Below are positions 50,436 to 61,964 of a stretch of DNA of 64,000 bases, one piece after another. Source of the stretch: Reyranellaceae bacterium. Its GTDB lineage: Bacteria; Pseudomonadota; Alphaproteobacteria; Reyranellales; JAQSWP01. Each line of letters starts with the position of its first letter. Positions within the stretch are counted from its first letter, which is position 1. Below the pieces are notes generated by a model, which was not told the origin of the DNA, did no database searches, and was given only the letters and a program-made list of their open reading frames with translations. The position numbers and the translations under genes were made by a program. The stretch covers positions 98,126-162,125 of the forward strand of contig JBFXDA010000001.1 of assembly GCA_050181585.1 (NCBI GenBank), given 5' to 3'.

Positions 50436-52217
50436 TTGAAGCGTCGCAAAGGCAATCGAAAAAAGAAGCAGGGCGGTTCGACGATCCTGCGCATCGCCGC
50501 CTCGGTGCCGCTGCCGCGCACGCTGGCGGTGGTTTTCTGCCTGGCGGTGGCCGGCGTCGTCGAAGGCATCGGCATCGCCAGCCTGGTGCCGATCCTGGCG
50601 CTGACCGAGGGCGCCGGCACGGGCGAAGTGTCCAGCCTGGGCCGCATGGTCATTTCCGGCCTCGACTATGTCGGCCTGCCCGCCACGCCGCAGGTGCTGG
50701 TCGGGCTGCTGATCTTCGGCATGGTCGGCAAGGCGGCGCTGATGATCCTGGCCATGCGCGAGGTGGCCCGCGCCGTGGCCGAGGTCGGCACCAGCATGCG
50801 CCTGCGCCTGCTGCAGGCGCTGCTCGACGCGCGCTGGGGCTTCTTCACCCGCGAGCCGCTGGGCCGCTTCGCCAACGCGCTGGGCAACGAGGCGTACCGC
50901 GCCGGCGACGCCTTCGCCGCCGTCGCGCAGTTCGCCGCCCACGCCATCCATGCCGTCATCTATATCGGCTTGGCGGCGCTGATCTCCTGGCAGCTGGCGG
51001 CGCTCGCCATAGTCGCCGGGCTGATCATGGTGCTGTCGCTGCAGCGGCTGATCACCATCACCAAGCACAACGCGCGCCTGCAGACGCGGCGCATGAAGGA
51101 CATGGTGACGCGGCTGGCCGACGTGCTGATCGGCCTGAAGCCGGTCAAGGCCATGTCGCGGCACGCCCAGTTCGCGCGGCTGGTGACCAACGACATCCGC
51201 GCCATCGAGCGCGCCATGCGCCGGCACATGACCGCCAAGGGCGCCAACCGCGCGCTGCAGGACCCCATCATCGCGTTCCTGGTGGTGGGCGGCTATTTCG
51301 CCCTGACCACCAACACCATTCCGCTGGCCGAGCTGCTGGCCATGGGCGTGGTCCTGATCAAGTCGATCAACGTCATCGGCAAGGCGCAGCAGGACCTGCA
51401 GGCGATCCGCGGCACCGAGGCCAGTTTCTGGTTCGTCGAGAACGCCATCGAGGACGCGCAGCGCGCGCGCGAAAGCGAGCATCCCGGCGTGGCGCCCAGC
51501 TTCGAGCGCGGCGTGGTGATGCGCAACGTGTCGCTGAGCTTCGCCAAGAACGACGTGCTGGTGGCGGCCAATTGCGTGATCGAGGCGGGCAAGGTGACGT
51601 CCATCACCGGCCGCTCCGGCGCGGGCAAGACGACGCTGGTCGACATCATCCTGGGACTGCACGAGCCCGACAGTGGCGAGGTGCTGATCGACGGCGTCAG
51701 CCTGGCCGAGATCGACACCAAGCTGTGGCGCGGCATGATCGGCTACGTGCCGCAGGAGCTGATCCTGTTCCACGACACCATCGCCATGAACGTCGGCCTG
51801 GGCGATCCGGTCTATACCCGCGAGGACATCGAGCAGGCGCTGCGCCTGGCCGGCGCCTGGCCGTTCGTCGCCGCGCTGCCCGACGGCATCGACCATATCG
51901 TCGGCGAACGCGGCGCGCTGCTCTCCGGCGGCCAGCGCCAACGCATCGCGCTGGCCCGCGCGCTGGTGCACAAGCCCAAGCTTTTGGTGCTGGACGAGGC
52001 GACCAGCGCGCTCGATCCGCAGACCGAAGCCACCATCGTCGAGAACGTCTGCCAGATCTCGCGCGAGACCGGGCTGACGGTGCTGGCCATCACCCACCAG
52101 CCCGCCTGGGTGCGGCTGGCCGACAGCGTGATCGAGATCGAGGCCGGCAACGTCAGCCAGAAGCCGGGGCCGACGCTGCGGCCGACCGTGGTGGCGCCGC
52201 GCGCCCTGGCCGAATAG
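50436..52217 (+). CDS. ABC exporter, fused permease/ATPase (MsbA-like type I exporter)
   Basis: A six-helix TMD is followed by Walker A GRSGAGKTT, the signature LSGGQRQR and Walker B LLVLDEATSALD. The TTG start is uncertain. Confidence 0.85.
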   Translation: MKRRKGNRKKKQGGSTILRIAASVPLPRTLAVVFCLAVAGVVEGIGIASLVPILALTEGAGTGEVSSLGRMVISGLDYVGLPATPQVLVGLLIFGMVGKAALMILAMREVARAVAEVGTSMRLRLLQALLDARWGFFTREPLGRFANALGNEAYRAGDAFAAVAQFAAHAIHAVIYIGLAALISWQLAALAIVAGLIMVLSLQRLITITKHNARLQTRRMKDMVTRLADVLIGLKPVKAMSRHAQFARLVTNDIRAIERAMRRHMTAKGANRALQDPIIAFLVVGGYFALTTNTIPLAELLAMGVVLIKSINVIGKAQQDLQAIRGTEASFWFVENAIEDAQRARESEHPGVAPSFERGVVMRNVSLSFAKNDVLVAANCVIEAGKVTSITGRSGAGKTTLVDIILGLHEPDSGEVLIDGVSLAEIDTKLWRGMIGYVPQELILFHDTIAMNVGLGDPVYTREDIEQALRLAGAWPFVAALPDGIDHIVGERGALLSGGQRQRIALARALVHKPKLLVLDEATSALDPQTEATIVENVCQISRETGLTVLAITHQPAWVRLADSVIEIEAGNVSQKPGPTLRPTVVAPRALAE

Positions 52218-52232
52218 CCGGGCGGAAGACGG

Positions 52233-53519
<1,287 letters not shown>

Positions 53520-53521
53520 GG

Positions 53522-53893
53522 CTATTTCAGCGTCGCCAGATAGGCGATCAGGTCGGCGCGCTCGTCGGCCTTGCGGATGCCGGCGAAGGCCATCGAGGTG
53601 CCGGGCACGATCTTGCGCGGCTCGGCCAGGTACTGCTCGAGAATCGCCGGCTCCCAGGTGATGTCGGCCTTCTTGTTGGCCTCGCTGTAGCGGAAGCCCT
53701 CGATCGAGCCCGAATGGCGGCCGATCAGGCCGAACAGGGTCGGGCCCTGGCGCGAGGGGCCCTTGGCGGTGGCGATGTGGCAGGTCATGCAATAGCGCTT
53801 GAACACTTTCTCGCCGTTCTCGGCATTGCCGCTCTGTGCGCCGGCGGGCAGGGCGAACAGCATCCACGGCAGCAGCAGCAGGATACGCAACAT
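53522..53893 (-). CDS. class I c-type cytochrome (periplasmic)
   Basis: The signal peptide is MLRILLLLPWMLFALPAGA. The haem motif is CMTCH, and a distal Met lies in PGTSMAF. Confidence 0.85.
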   Translation of the reverse strand: MLRILLLLPWMLFALPAGAQSGNAENGEKVFKRYCMTCHIATAKGPSRQGPTLFGLIGRHSGSIEGFRYSEANKKADITWEPAILEQYLAEPRKIVPGTSMAFAGIRKADERADLIAYLATLK

Positions 53894-53924
53894 CGACTTC
53901 TCGCTTTGGCTTGGCGGCGTCTTC

Positions 53925-54821
53925 CTAGGACGCGGCGACCACATAGTAAAGCACCAGCATCGCCAGGGCGGCCAGCGGCAGGATCCACAAGCCGTTGCGG
54001 CCGCGGTTGCGCAGGTTGAAGGCGTGCCGCACCGCCGCGCCGACCAGCATCAGCGCCGCCAGGACGGCCCAGTTCCACTCGTGGCCCCAGGTGCTGGCGA
54101 AATGGGTCGACAGCATGACGAAGACGACCGGCAGGGTCATGTAGTTGTTGTGGATCGAGCGCTTCTTGGCCTCCTTGCCCAGGCGCGCCTCGGGTTTGGC
54201 GCCGGCCCGGGCGGCGGCGACCAGGGCGCGCTGGGCGGGGATGATGCGCATCCAGACATTGGCGGTCATGATCGTGCCCAGCGCGGCGCCGACATGCAGA
54301 TAGGCCGCCTGGCCGGTCATGACCTGCGACAGGCCCCAGGCGGCGGCGATCAGCAGCGCGAACAGCAGCCCGCCGGCCAGCAGCGGCTTGTCGCCCAAAG
54401 GCGACTTCCAGGCGAGGTCATAGATCGTCCAGGCGATCGACAGGCCGACGATGAGGCCGCCGATACCCAGCAGGTCGCTGAAGCCCTGCGGCGCGTCCTG
54501 CAGGAAGGCGCCCTGGCCCAGATGGTAGAGCAGGATCAGCAGCAGGAAGCCGGTGATCCAGGTGAAGGCGGCCTCCCATTTGAACCAGTGCAGCTCGGCC
54601 GGGATCTCCTGCGGCGCCACGTCGATCTTCTCGACCCGGTAGAAGCCGCCGGAATGCACCAGCCAGGCCTCGCCCTCGACCTTCGGCCGCGCCGGGCTGG
54701 GCGGGCGCAGCTTGGCGTCGAGCCAGTTGAAATAGAACGAGGAGCCGATCCAGGCGATGCCGGCGATGACATGGGTCCAGCGGATGACGAGATTCAGCCA
54801 CTCGCCGACAAGCGCGTCCAT
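53925..54821 (-). CDS. urate hydroxylase PuuD-like membrane protein (membrane domain only)
   Basis: EWLNLVIRWTHVIAGIAWIGSSFYFNWLD... matches the remembered N-terminus of PuuD-annotated proteins. The protein is polytopic, 298 aa, with no haem motif in this ORF. Confidence 0.55.
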   Translation of the reverse strand: MDALVGEWLNLVIRWTHVIAGIAWIGSSFYFNWLDAKLRPPSPARPKVEGEAWLVHSGGFYRVEKIDVAPQEIPAELHWFKWEAAFTWITGFLLLILLYHLGQGAFLQDAPQGFSDLLGIGGLIVGLSIAWTIYDLAWKSPLGDKPLLAGGLLFALLIAAAWGLSQVMTGQAAYLHVGAALGTIMTANVWMRIIPAQRALVAAARAGAKPEARLGKEAKKRSIHNNYMTLPVVFVMLSTHFASTWGHEWNWAVLAALMLVGAAVRHAFNLRNRGRNGLWILPLAALAMLVLYYVVAAS

Positions 54822-54898
54822 TGTTCCCCCAGGAGCAGTCTCGCGATCATTCTACCGGAAGCAAACGGCGGGCCAGAACCGGCAAAATCCCTGATCCC

Positions 54899-54926
54899 TT
54901 GCGGCGAAAGAGCCGCCGCCTATAAT
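54899..54926 (+). promoter_or_regulatory. candidate sigma-70 promoter for tRNA-Gly
   Basis: TTGCGG (54899-54904), a 16-nt spacer, then a perfect TATAAT (54921-54926). It lies about 45 nt upstream of the tRNA. Confidence 0.45.
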
Positions 54927-54971
54927 CGGCGCGGCTGCGATCGGCTCCGGGCGGCCCCGGGGCGGCCCCGG

Positions 54972-55045
54972 GCGGGTATGATGTAATGGTAGCCTGTCAG
55001 CTTCCCAAGCTGAACGCGCGGGTTCGATTCCCGCTACCCGCTCCA
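54972..55045 (+). tRNA. tRNA-Gly (anticodon CCC)
   Basis: The acceptor stem is GCGGGTA/TACCCGC, followed by the T discriminator and an encoded CCA. The anticodon arm is CAGCT-TTCCCAA-AGCTG and the T-arm is GGGTTCGATTCCC. Total length is 74 nt. Confidence 0.9.
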
Positions 55046-55061
55046 GCTTCCCGTCGACGCC

Positions 55062-55463
55062 TCACGGAAACGAACACGCCCAGGCCTTGATCTCGCAGGT
55101 CTTGGGATCGCCGTCGCGCTGGCAATAGAACATCACCTGGCGCTGCGCCTCCAGCCGCGTACCGGCGGTGCCCCAGAACACCCCGCCATCGTCGTCGGCC
55201 GCCACCGAGGCGCACAGATTGGAGAAGCTGATGATCACGCGGCAGCCGGCGCCGCGCTTGGCGCAGTTTTCCTGCGCCGCCCGGTTGGCGCTGTCGCTGT
55301 CGCCATGGCGGGTGGAAAAGCCGAAGGCGCCGTTGCGCGTGCTGTAGGAGATCGCGCCATAGACATGGCCCGCCTCGCTGCGCGCGTGCAGCACGGTGGC
55401 CGCGGTCGGCCCCAGCAAGATGCCGATGGCGCTGGCACACAGAAGCCCGGTTGCGATGCGCAT
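55062..55463 (-). CDS. DUF4189-like secreted protein
   Basis: A signal peptide is followed by two Cys-containing half-repeats (YGAISYS...AAQENCAKRGAGCRVI...NLCASVA; ...QVMFYCQRDG..CEI). Confidence 0.55.
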   Translation of the reverse strand: MRIATGLLCASAIGILLGPTAATVLHARSEAGHVYGAISYSTRNGAFGFSTRHGDSDSANRAAQENCAKRGAGCRVIISFSNLCASVAADDDGGVFWGTAGTRLEAQRQVMFYCQRDGDPKTCEIKAWACSFP

Positions 55464-55526
55464 CGCGGCTCCCCAGGGGATTACCGCCGAATGGTAGCCA
55501 ATTGCCGCGCTTCGGCAAGCGGCGGC

Positions 55527-56528
55527 TCAAGCCGGGTAACAGCCCGCCGTTTTCGCCCGCATCGCCAGCAGCGGCAGCACCGTATCCAGCACCGGCGTCG
55601 CAAGCTTCGCCTGGCGCGCCAGGTCCTGCACGATGGCGAGCTGGCTGTCGATCTCCATGGTGCGGCCGCGCTCGAGGTCCTGCAGCATCGAGGGCTTGTG
55701 GTGCAGCGCCACGCCCATGCCCACCGCTTGGGCGGCATCCGGCAGCAGCCCGGCGAACCCGTGCGCCGCCGCCACCGAGGCGGTTTCGCGCATCAGCGCC
55801 ATGGCCAATTCGCCGATCGCCGGGTCGTTATAGGCGTCGGCGACGGTCGAACCGGTCAGGCTGCAGAGCGGCGAACTGGCCGAATTGCGCACCAGCTTGG
55901 CCCACATGTCGCGGCGGATATCGGCCAGGGGCTCGCAGACGAAGCCGCTGCCGTCGAGCGCGGCGGCCAGCGCCGGCGCGCGGTCGCCGGCCCGGTTCGG
56001 CATGGCCCGGTCCGGCATGGCCTCGCCGATCGTGAAGCCGTTATTGGCGCCCTCGTTGCGCACCACGCCCGGGGCGATGACCTCGTTGGAGGAGCGCACC
56101 ACCATGCCCAGCGAGCGCTCGACGCCGATCAGCCGGTGCAGGGAACCGTCGCGGTCGAGCCGGCGCGTGTCGGGGACCATGCCGTTGGGCGCAAATCCGT
56201 CGCCGTAGAACCAGAACACGCCGTTGACGGCGAAAGCCACCGCGGTCCCGGCATGCAGCAGCGGCGCCATGCCCTGCGCCACCTGCGGCAGGGAGGGCGT
56301 CTTGGCCGAGACGACGACCAGGTCCTGCGGCCCCAGCTCGGCGGGCGAGTCGGAGGCGGGCAGGCGAACGGTGATTTCGCCGTCCTGCGCCTGCAGCGTC
56401 AGGCCGTCCTTGCGGATCGCCGCCAGATGCGGGCCGCGCACGATGACGCTGACCGTCTTGCCCGCCTGCGCCAACCGCGCCGCCAGGAAACTGCCGACCG
56501 CGCCGGCGCCGAAAATGCAGATTTTCAT
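55527..56528 (-). CDS. 2-dehydropantoate 2-reductase family protein (second paralog)
   Basis: MKICIFGAGAVGSFLAARLAQAGKTVSVIVRG. The ATG at 56528 was chosen. Confidence 0.7.
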   Translation of the reverse strand: MKICIFGAGAVGSFLAARLAQAGKTVSVIVRGPHLAAIRKDGLTLQAQDGEITVRLPASDSPAELGPQDLVVVSAKTPSLPQVAQGMAPLLHAGTAVAFAVNGVFWFYGDGFAPNGMVPDTRRLDRDGSLHRLIGVERSLGMVVRSSNEVIAPGVVRNEGANNGFTIGEAMPDRAMPNRAGDRAPALAAALDGSGFVCEPLADIRRDMWAKLVRNSASSPLCSLTGSTVADAYNDPAIGELAMALMRETASVAAAHGFAGLLPDAAQAVGMGVALHHKPSMLQDLERGRTMEIDSQLAIVQDLARQAKLATPVLDTVLPLLAMRAKTAGCYPA

Positions 56529-56562
56529 CGAACCCCTCGTGAGGGGCGCATTATGCCGCCTT

Positions 56563-56652
56563 AAACTCTTTTCCGTCACCCCGAGCGTTAGCGAAGGGTC
56601 TTCTCTACACGACTCCGGTCTATCGCATGAGAGCAGATGCTTCGCTAACGCT
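56563..56652. repeat. MITE/REP-like inverted-repeat element (family A, second copy)
   Basis: The arms are ccgtcaccccgagcgttagcgaagggtc (left) and gatgcttcgctaacgctcagcatgacg (right). The termini match the 166-270 element in inverted orientation. Confidence 0.6.
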
Positions 56653-56680
56653 CAGCATGACGAAGTGTGGCGGAGGCAGG

Positions 56681-57541
56681 TCAGTGCCGCGGTCGATGCG
56701 GCTCGCCGCCGCCTTTGGCTTCGATCAGGGTCTTGATCGCCAGGGTGACCAGCGCCAGCACGGTCAGGGTGGTGGCGGCGGCGAAGGCGCCGACGGCGTT
56801 GTAGTCGTGATAGAGCAGCTCGATGTGCAGCGGCAGGGTGTTGGTCTCGCCGCGCACGTTGCCCGACACCACCGAGACGGCGCCGAACTCGCCCATGACG
56901 CGGGCGTTGCACAGCACCGCGCCATAAAGCAGCGCCCATTTGATGTTGGGCAGGGTGACGCGGAAGAAGCTCTGCCAGAAGCCGGCGCCCAGGCTGGTGG
57001 CGGCCTCCTCGTCGTCGCTGCCCTGCGCCTGCATCAGCGGGATGATCTCGCGCGCCACGAACGGGGAGGTGACGAACAGCGACACCAGGAAGATGCCGGG
57101 CACGGCGAACATCAGGCGGATGTCGTGCTCGGCCAGCAGCGGGCCCAGCAGGCCGTTGGCGCCGTAGAGCAGGATGTAGATGACGCCGGCGACGATGGGC
57201 GAGACGGAGAAGGGCAGCTCGATCAGCGCGATCAAGAGCTTCTTGCCGGGGAAGCGAAACTTGGTGACGGCCCAGGCGGCGACGACGCCGAAGCCGATAT
57301 TGATCGGCACCACCACGAGGGCGGTCAGCACGGTCAGCCAGATGGCGTGCCGCGTGTCGGGATGGGCGATGTTGCGGGCGTAGTAGGCCAGGCCCTTGCT
57401 GAAGGCCTCGGCGAAGATCACCACGAGCGGCGCCACCAGCAGCAGCAGCGCCAGCACGATGCCCAGGCCGATCAGCGCCCGGCGCGCCCCCGGCCGGGAG
57501 CGGCGGCGCAGCGGCGGCAGCGTGTCTTCGGCCGCGCTCAT
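56681..57541 (-). CDS. cysW: sulfate/thiosulfate ABC transporter permease CysW (set 1)
   Basis: FPGKKLLIALIELPFSVSPIVAG...[22 protein letters not shown]. An ATGA overlap joins it to the cysT stop. Confidence 0.88.
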   Translation of the reverse strand: MSAAEDTLPPLRRRSRPGARRALIGLGIVLALLLLVAPLVVIFAEAFSKGLAYYARNIAHPDTRHAIWLTVLTALVVVPINIGFGVVAAWAVTKFRFPGKKLLIALIELPFSVSPIVAGVIYILLYGANGLLGPLLAEHDIRLMFAVPGIFLVSLFVTSPFVAREIIPLMQAQGSDDEEAATSLGAGFWQSFFRVTLPNIKWALLYGAVLCNARVMGEFGAVSVVSGNVRGETNTLPLHIELLYHDYNAVGAFAAATTLTVLALVTLAIKTLIEAKGGGEPHRPRH

Positions 57542-58428
57542 GGCGCCTTCTCGCTGTGGCGCTGGCTGCGGGCCTGCAGCCAGTTGGCCGCCAGCAGCAC
57601 GATCAGGGCGGCGACCAGCACGGTCGAGGCCAGGGCGGCGGCGGCCGGGTAGTCGTATTCCTCCAGCCGGATGAAGATCAGCAGGGCGGCGATCTCGGTC
57701 TGTTCCGGCAGGTTGCCGGCGATGAAGATCACCGCGCCGAACTCGCCCAGGCAGCGCGCGAAGGCCAGGGTGCAGCCGGCGATGAAGGCCGGCAGGATGG
57801 TGGGGAAGATCACCTTGCGGAAGATCTGCCAGTCGCTGGCGCCCAGCGAGGCGGCGGCTTCCTCGACCTCCGGCCGCACGTCCTCCAGCACCGGCTGCAC
57901 GGTGCGCACCACGAAGGGCAGGGAGGTGAAGGCCATGGCGATGGCGATGCCGAGCGGCGTGTAGGCGACCTTGATGCCCAGCGCCGCCAGCGGCGCGCCG
58001 AACCAGCCATTGGGCGCGAACAGCGCGGTCAGCGCGATGCCGGCGACGGCGGTGGGCAGGGCGAAGGGCAGGTCGACCAGCGCGTCCAGCAATCGCCTCC
58101 CGGGGAACTCGTAGCGCACCAGGATCCAGGCCAGCAGCAGGCCGATGCCGGCATTGATCGCGGTGGCGAGCAGGGCGGCGGTCAGGGTGACGCGGAAGGA
58201 GGCCAGCGTGCGCGGGCCGGTGACGATGTCGATATAGCGCGAGAAACCCAGTTCGCCGGTTTTCAGCGCCAGCGCCACCAGGGGCAGCAGCACCACCAGG
58301 GAGAGGTAGAACAGCGTCAGGCCCATGGTCGGGCCGAAACCGGGAAGCACCCGGCGAGCGGTGAGCGCGCCAGCCATCAGCGGAAAATCCAGCGTCGGAA
58401 AAACGAAGGCCGGCGATGCTAGCGCCAT
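57538..58428 (-). CDS. cysT: sulfate/thiosulfate ABC transporter permease CysT (set 1)
   Basis: [23 protein letters not shown]...AASLGASDWQIFRKVIFP. The start may be an internal ATG. Confidence 0.88.
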   Translation of the reverse strand: MALASPAFVFPTLDFPLMAGALTARRVLPGFGPTMGLTLFYLSLVVLLPLVALALKTGELGFSRYIDIVTGPRTLASFRVTLTAALLATAINAGIGLLLAWILVRYEFPGRRLLDALVDLPFALPTAVAGIALTALFAPNGWFGAPLAALGIKVAYTPLGIAIAMAFTSLPFVVRTVQPVLEDVRPEVEEAAASLGASDWQIFRKVIFPTILPAFIAGCTLAFARCLGEFGAVIFIAGNLPEQTEIAALLIFIRLEEYDYPAAAALASTVLVAALIVLLAANWLQARSQRHSEKAP

Positions 58429-58453
58429 CGCCGGCCGGCGGCAAAGCGGCGGT

Positions 58454-59482
58454 TCAGCGCTTGACGAACACCTGGTCGAGAATGCCGCCCTCGGCGAAAT
58501 GCTCCTTGCTGACCTTCTCCCAGCCGCCGAACACCTGCTCGACGGTGTAGAGCTTCACGTTGGGGAACTGGCCGGCGTACTTGGCCTTGACCTTCTCGTT
58601 GTTCACGCGATGGAAGCTCTTGGCGACGATCTCCTGCGCCTCCTCGCTGTAGAGGAACTCGAGGTAGCCCTGCGCGATCCCGGTCGAGCCGCGCCGCTGG
58701 GCGACCTTCTCGACCACCGCGACCGGGAACTCGGCCAGCAGCGAGGCGGGCGGGATCACCACGTCGAACTTGTCCTCGCCGTATTCGCGGCGGATGGAGA
58801 AAACCTCCGCCTCGAAGGTGATCAGCACGTCGCCGATCTGGCGCTCGACGAAGGTCGTGGTCGAGCCGCGCCCGCCGGTGTCGAATACCGCCACGTTGGC
58901 CAGCATCTTCTTGGCGTAGGCCTTGGCCTTCTCCTGGTCGTTGCCGTTCTTGGCCAGCGCATCGGCATAGCCCGCCAGATAGGTGTAGCGCGCGTTGCCC
59001 GAGGTCTTGGGGTTGGGGAACACCAGCTTGACGTCGTCGCGCGCCAGGTCCGGCCAGTCCTTGACGTTCTTCGGGTTGCCCTTGCGCACCAGGAAGGCCG
59101 GCAGCGAGTAGTAGGGCGAGGCGTTGTTGGGGAATTTCTTCTGCCAGTCGGCCGGCAGCAGGCCGCCCTTGGCCAGCACGTCGATATCGGTGACCTGGTT
59201 GAAGGTCACGACGTCGGCCTGCAGCCCTTCCAGGATGGCGCGCGCCTGGCGCGAGGTGCCGGCATGCGACTGCTTCACCGCGACCGCGGGGTTGCCTTTC
59301 TTCTTCCAGTATTCCTCGAACACCGGGTTGATGGCGGCGAACAGCTCGCGGGCGATGTCGTAGGAGACGTTGAGGATGTCGCCCGGCGCCTGCTGGGCGC
59401 GGGCGGCGGCGAAGGGCAGGCCCGTCAGGGCGGCGCCCGCGGCGCCGCCGGCCAGGGTGGCGAGGAATTGTCTGCGGAACAT
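58454..59482 (-). CDS. sbp: sulfate/thiosulfate-binding periplasmic protein (set 1)
   Basis: A Tat-like signal MFRRQFLATLAGGAAGA... is followed by NVSYDIARELF...HAGTSRQARAI...NPKTSGNARY. Confidence 0.85.
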   Translation of the reverse strand: MFRRQFLATLAGGAAGAALTGLPFAAARAQQAPGDILNVSYDIARELFAAINPVFEEYWKKKGNPAVAVKQSHAGTSRQARAILEGLQADVVTFNQVTDIDVLAKGGLLPADWQKKFPNNASPYYSLPAFLVRKGNPKNVKDWPDLARDDVKLVFPNPKTSGNARYTYLAGYADALAKNGNDQEKAKAYAKKMLANVAVFDTGGRGSTTTFVERQIGDVLITFEAEVFSIRREYGEDKFDVVIPPASLLAEFPVAVVEKVAQRRGSTGIAQGYLEFLYSEEAQEIVAKSFHRVNNEKVKAKYAGQFPNVKLYTVEQVFGGWEKVSKEHFAEGGILDQVFVKR

Positions 59483-59514
59483 GGGTCGGTCTTTCCTGTT
59501 GGATCGTGGGCCGA

Positions 59515-60822
59515 TCAGGCGGCCTGGCGGACGGTGGCCGCGTCCAGCGCCTGCCTGAGATCGGCGAGGATGTCGTCGATATGCTCGATGCCGACGGAGA
59601 GGCGGACATAGCCGTCGGTCACGCCGGTGGCCTTCTGCTCGTCGGCGGAAAGCTGCGAGTGGGTGGTGCTGGCCGGGTGGATGGCCAGGCTGCGCGCGTC
59701 GCCGATATTGGCGACGTGATAGAAGAGCCGCAGCGCGTCGATGAATTTGCGCCCCGCCTCGCGGCCGCCCTTCAGCTCGAAGCCGACCAGCCCGCCATAG
59801 CCGCCCTTCAGATAGCGGTCGGCGCGGGCTTTGGCCTCGCCCTTCTGCGCCCCGGGGAAGATCACGCCGGTGACGGCCGGGTGCTGGCCGAGGAACTCGG
59901 CCACGGCGGCGGCATTGCGGCTGTGCTCGCGGATGCGCAGCGGCAGCGTCTCCAGCCCCTGGATGATCTGGAAGGCGTTGAACGGCGAGATCGCCGCCCC
60001 GGTGTCGCGCAGCAGGGTGACGCGCGCCTTGATGATGTAGGCGATCGGTCCCAGCGGCTTGACGGCTTCCGTCCACACCGCGCCGTGATAGCTGGGGTCG
60101 GGCGTGTTCAGCAGCGGCTGCTGCTTGGGGTGGGCGGCCCAGTCGAAATTGCCGCCATCGACGATGACGCCGCCGATCGAGGTGCCGTGGCCGCCGATAT
60201 ACTTGGTGGTCGAGTACACGACCACGGCGGCGCCATGGTCGAAGGGCCGCGCCAGGATCGGGGCGGCGGTGTTGTCGATGATCAGCGGAATGCCCAGCTC
60301 GCGGCCGATCCTGGCCACCTCGGCGATGGGGAACACGATCAGCTTGGGATTGGGCAGGGTCTCGGCGTAGTAGGCGCGGGTGCGCGCGTCGGAGGCGCGG
60401 CGGAAATTCTCCGGATCGGCCGGATCGACGAAGCGCACCTCGATGCCCTGCTGCTTCAGCGTGTTGGCGAACAGGTTCCAGGTGCCGCCGTAGAGATCGG
60501 TCGAGCTGACCACGTTGTCGCCGGCCTGCGCCAGGTTCTGCAGCGCCAGGGTGGAAGCCGCCTGGCCCGACGCCACCGCCAGCGCCGCCACGCCGCCTTC
60601 CAGTGCGGCGACGCGCTTTTCCAGCACGTCGGTGGTCGGGTTCATGATGCGGGTGTAGATGTTGCCGAACTCCTTCAGCGCGAACAGGTTCGAGGCGTGG
60701 TCGGTGTTCCGGAACTGGTAGGAGGTGGTCTGGTAGATCGGCACCGCCACCGCGCCGGTCGCCGGATCGGCGCGCCAGCCGGCATGCAGCACGGCGGTTT
60801 CGGGATTCTTGAACTCGCTCAT
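59515..60822 (-). CDS. metY: O-acetylhomoserine sulfhydrylase
   Basis: AVPIYQTTSYQF...YTRIMNPT...STTKYIGGHG (PLP Lys)...SLAIHPASTTHSQL. Confidence 0.9.
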   Translation of the reverse strand: MSEFKNPETAVLHAGWRADPATGAVAVPIYQTTSYQFRNTDHASNLFALKEFGNIYTRIMNPTTDVLEKRVAALEGGVAALAVASGQAASTLALQNLAQAGDNVVSSTDLYGGTWNLFANTLKQQGIEVRFVDPADPENFRRASDARTRAYYAETLPNPKLIVFPIAEVARIGRELGIPLIIDNTAAPILARPFDHGAAVVVYSTTKYIGGHGTSIGGVIVDGGNFDWAAHPKQQPLLNTPDPSYHGAVWTEAVKPLGPIAYIIKARVTLLRDTGAAISPFNAFQIIQGLETLPLRIREHSRNAAAVAEFLGQHPAVTGVIFPGAQKGEAKARADRYLKGGYGGLVGFELKGGREAGRKFIDALRLFYHVANIGDARSLAIHPASTTHSQLSADEQKATGVTDGYVRLSVGIEHIDDILADLRQALDAATVRQAA

Positions 60823-60847
60823 CGGTGTCTCCGTTCTTGCTTCTTGC

Positions 60848-61951
<1,104 letters not shown>

Positions 61952-61964
61952 GGACGCCCCGTTC

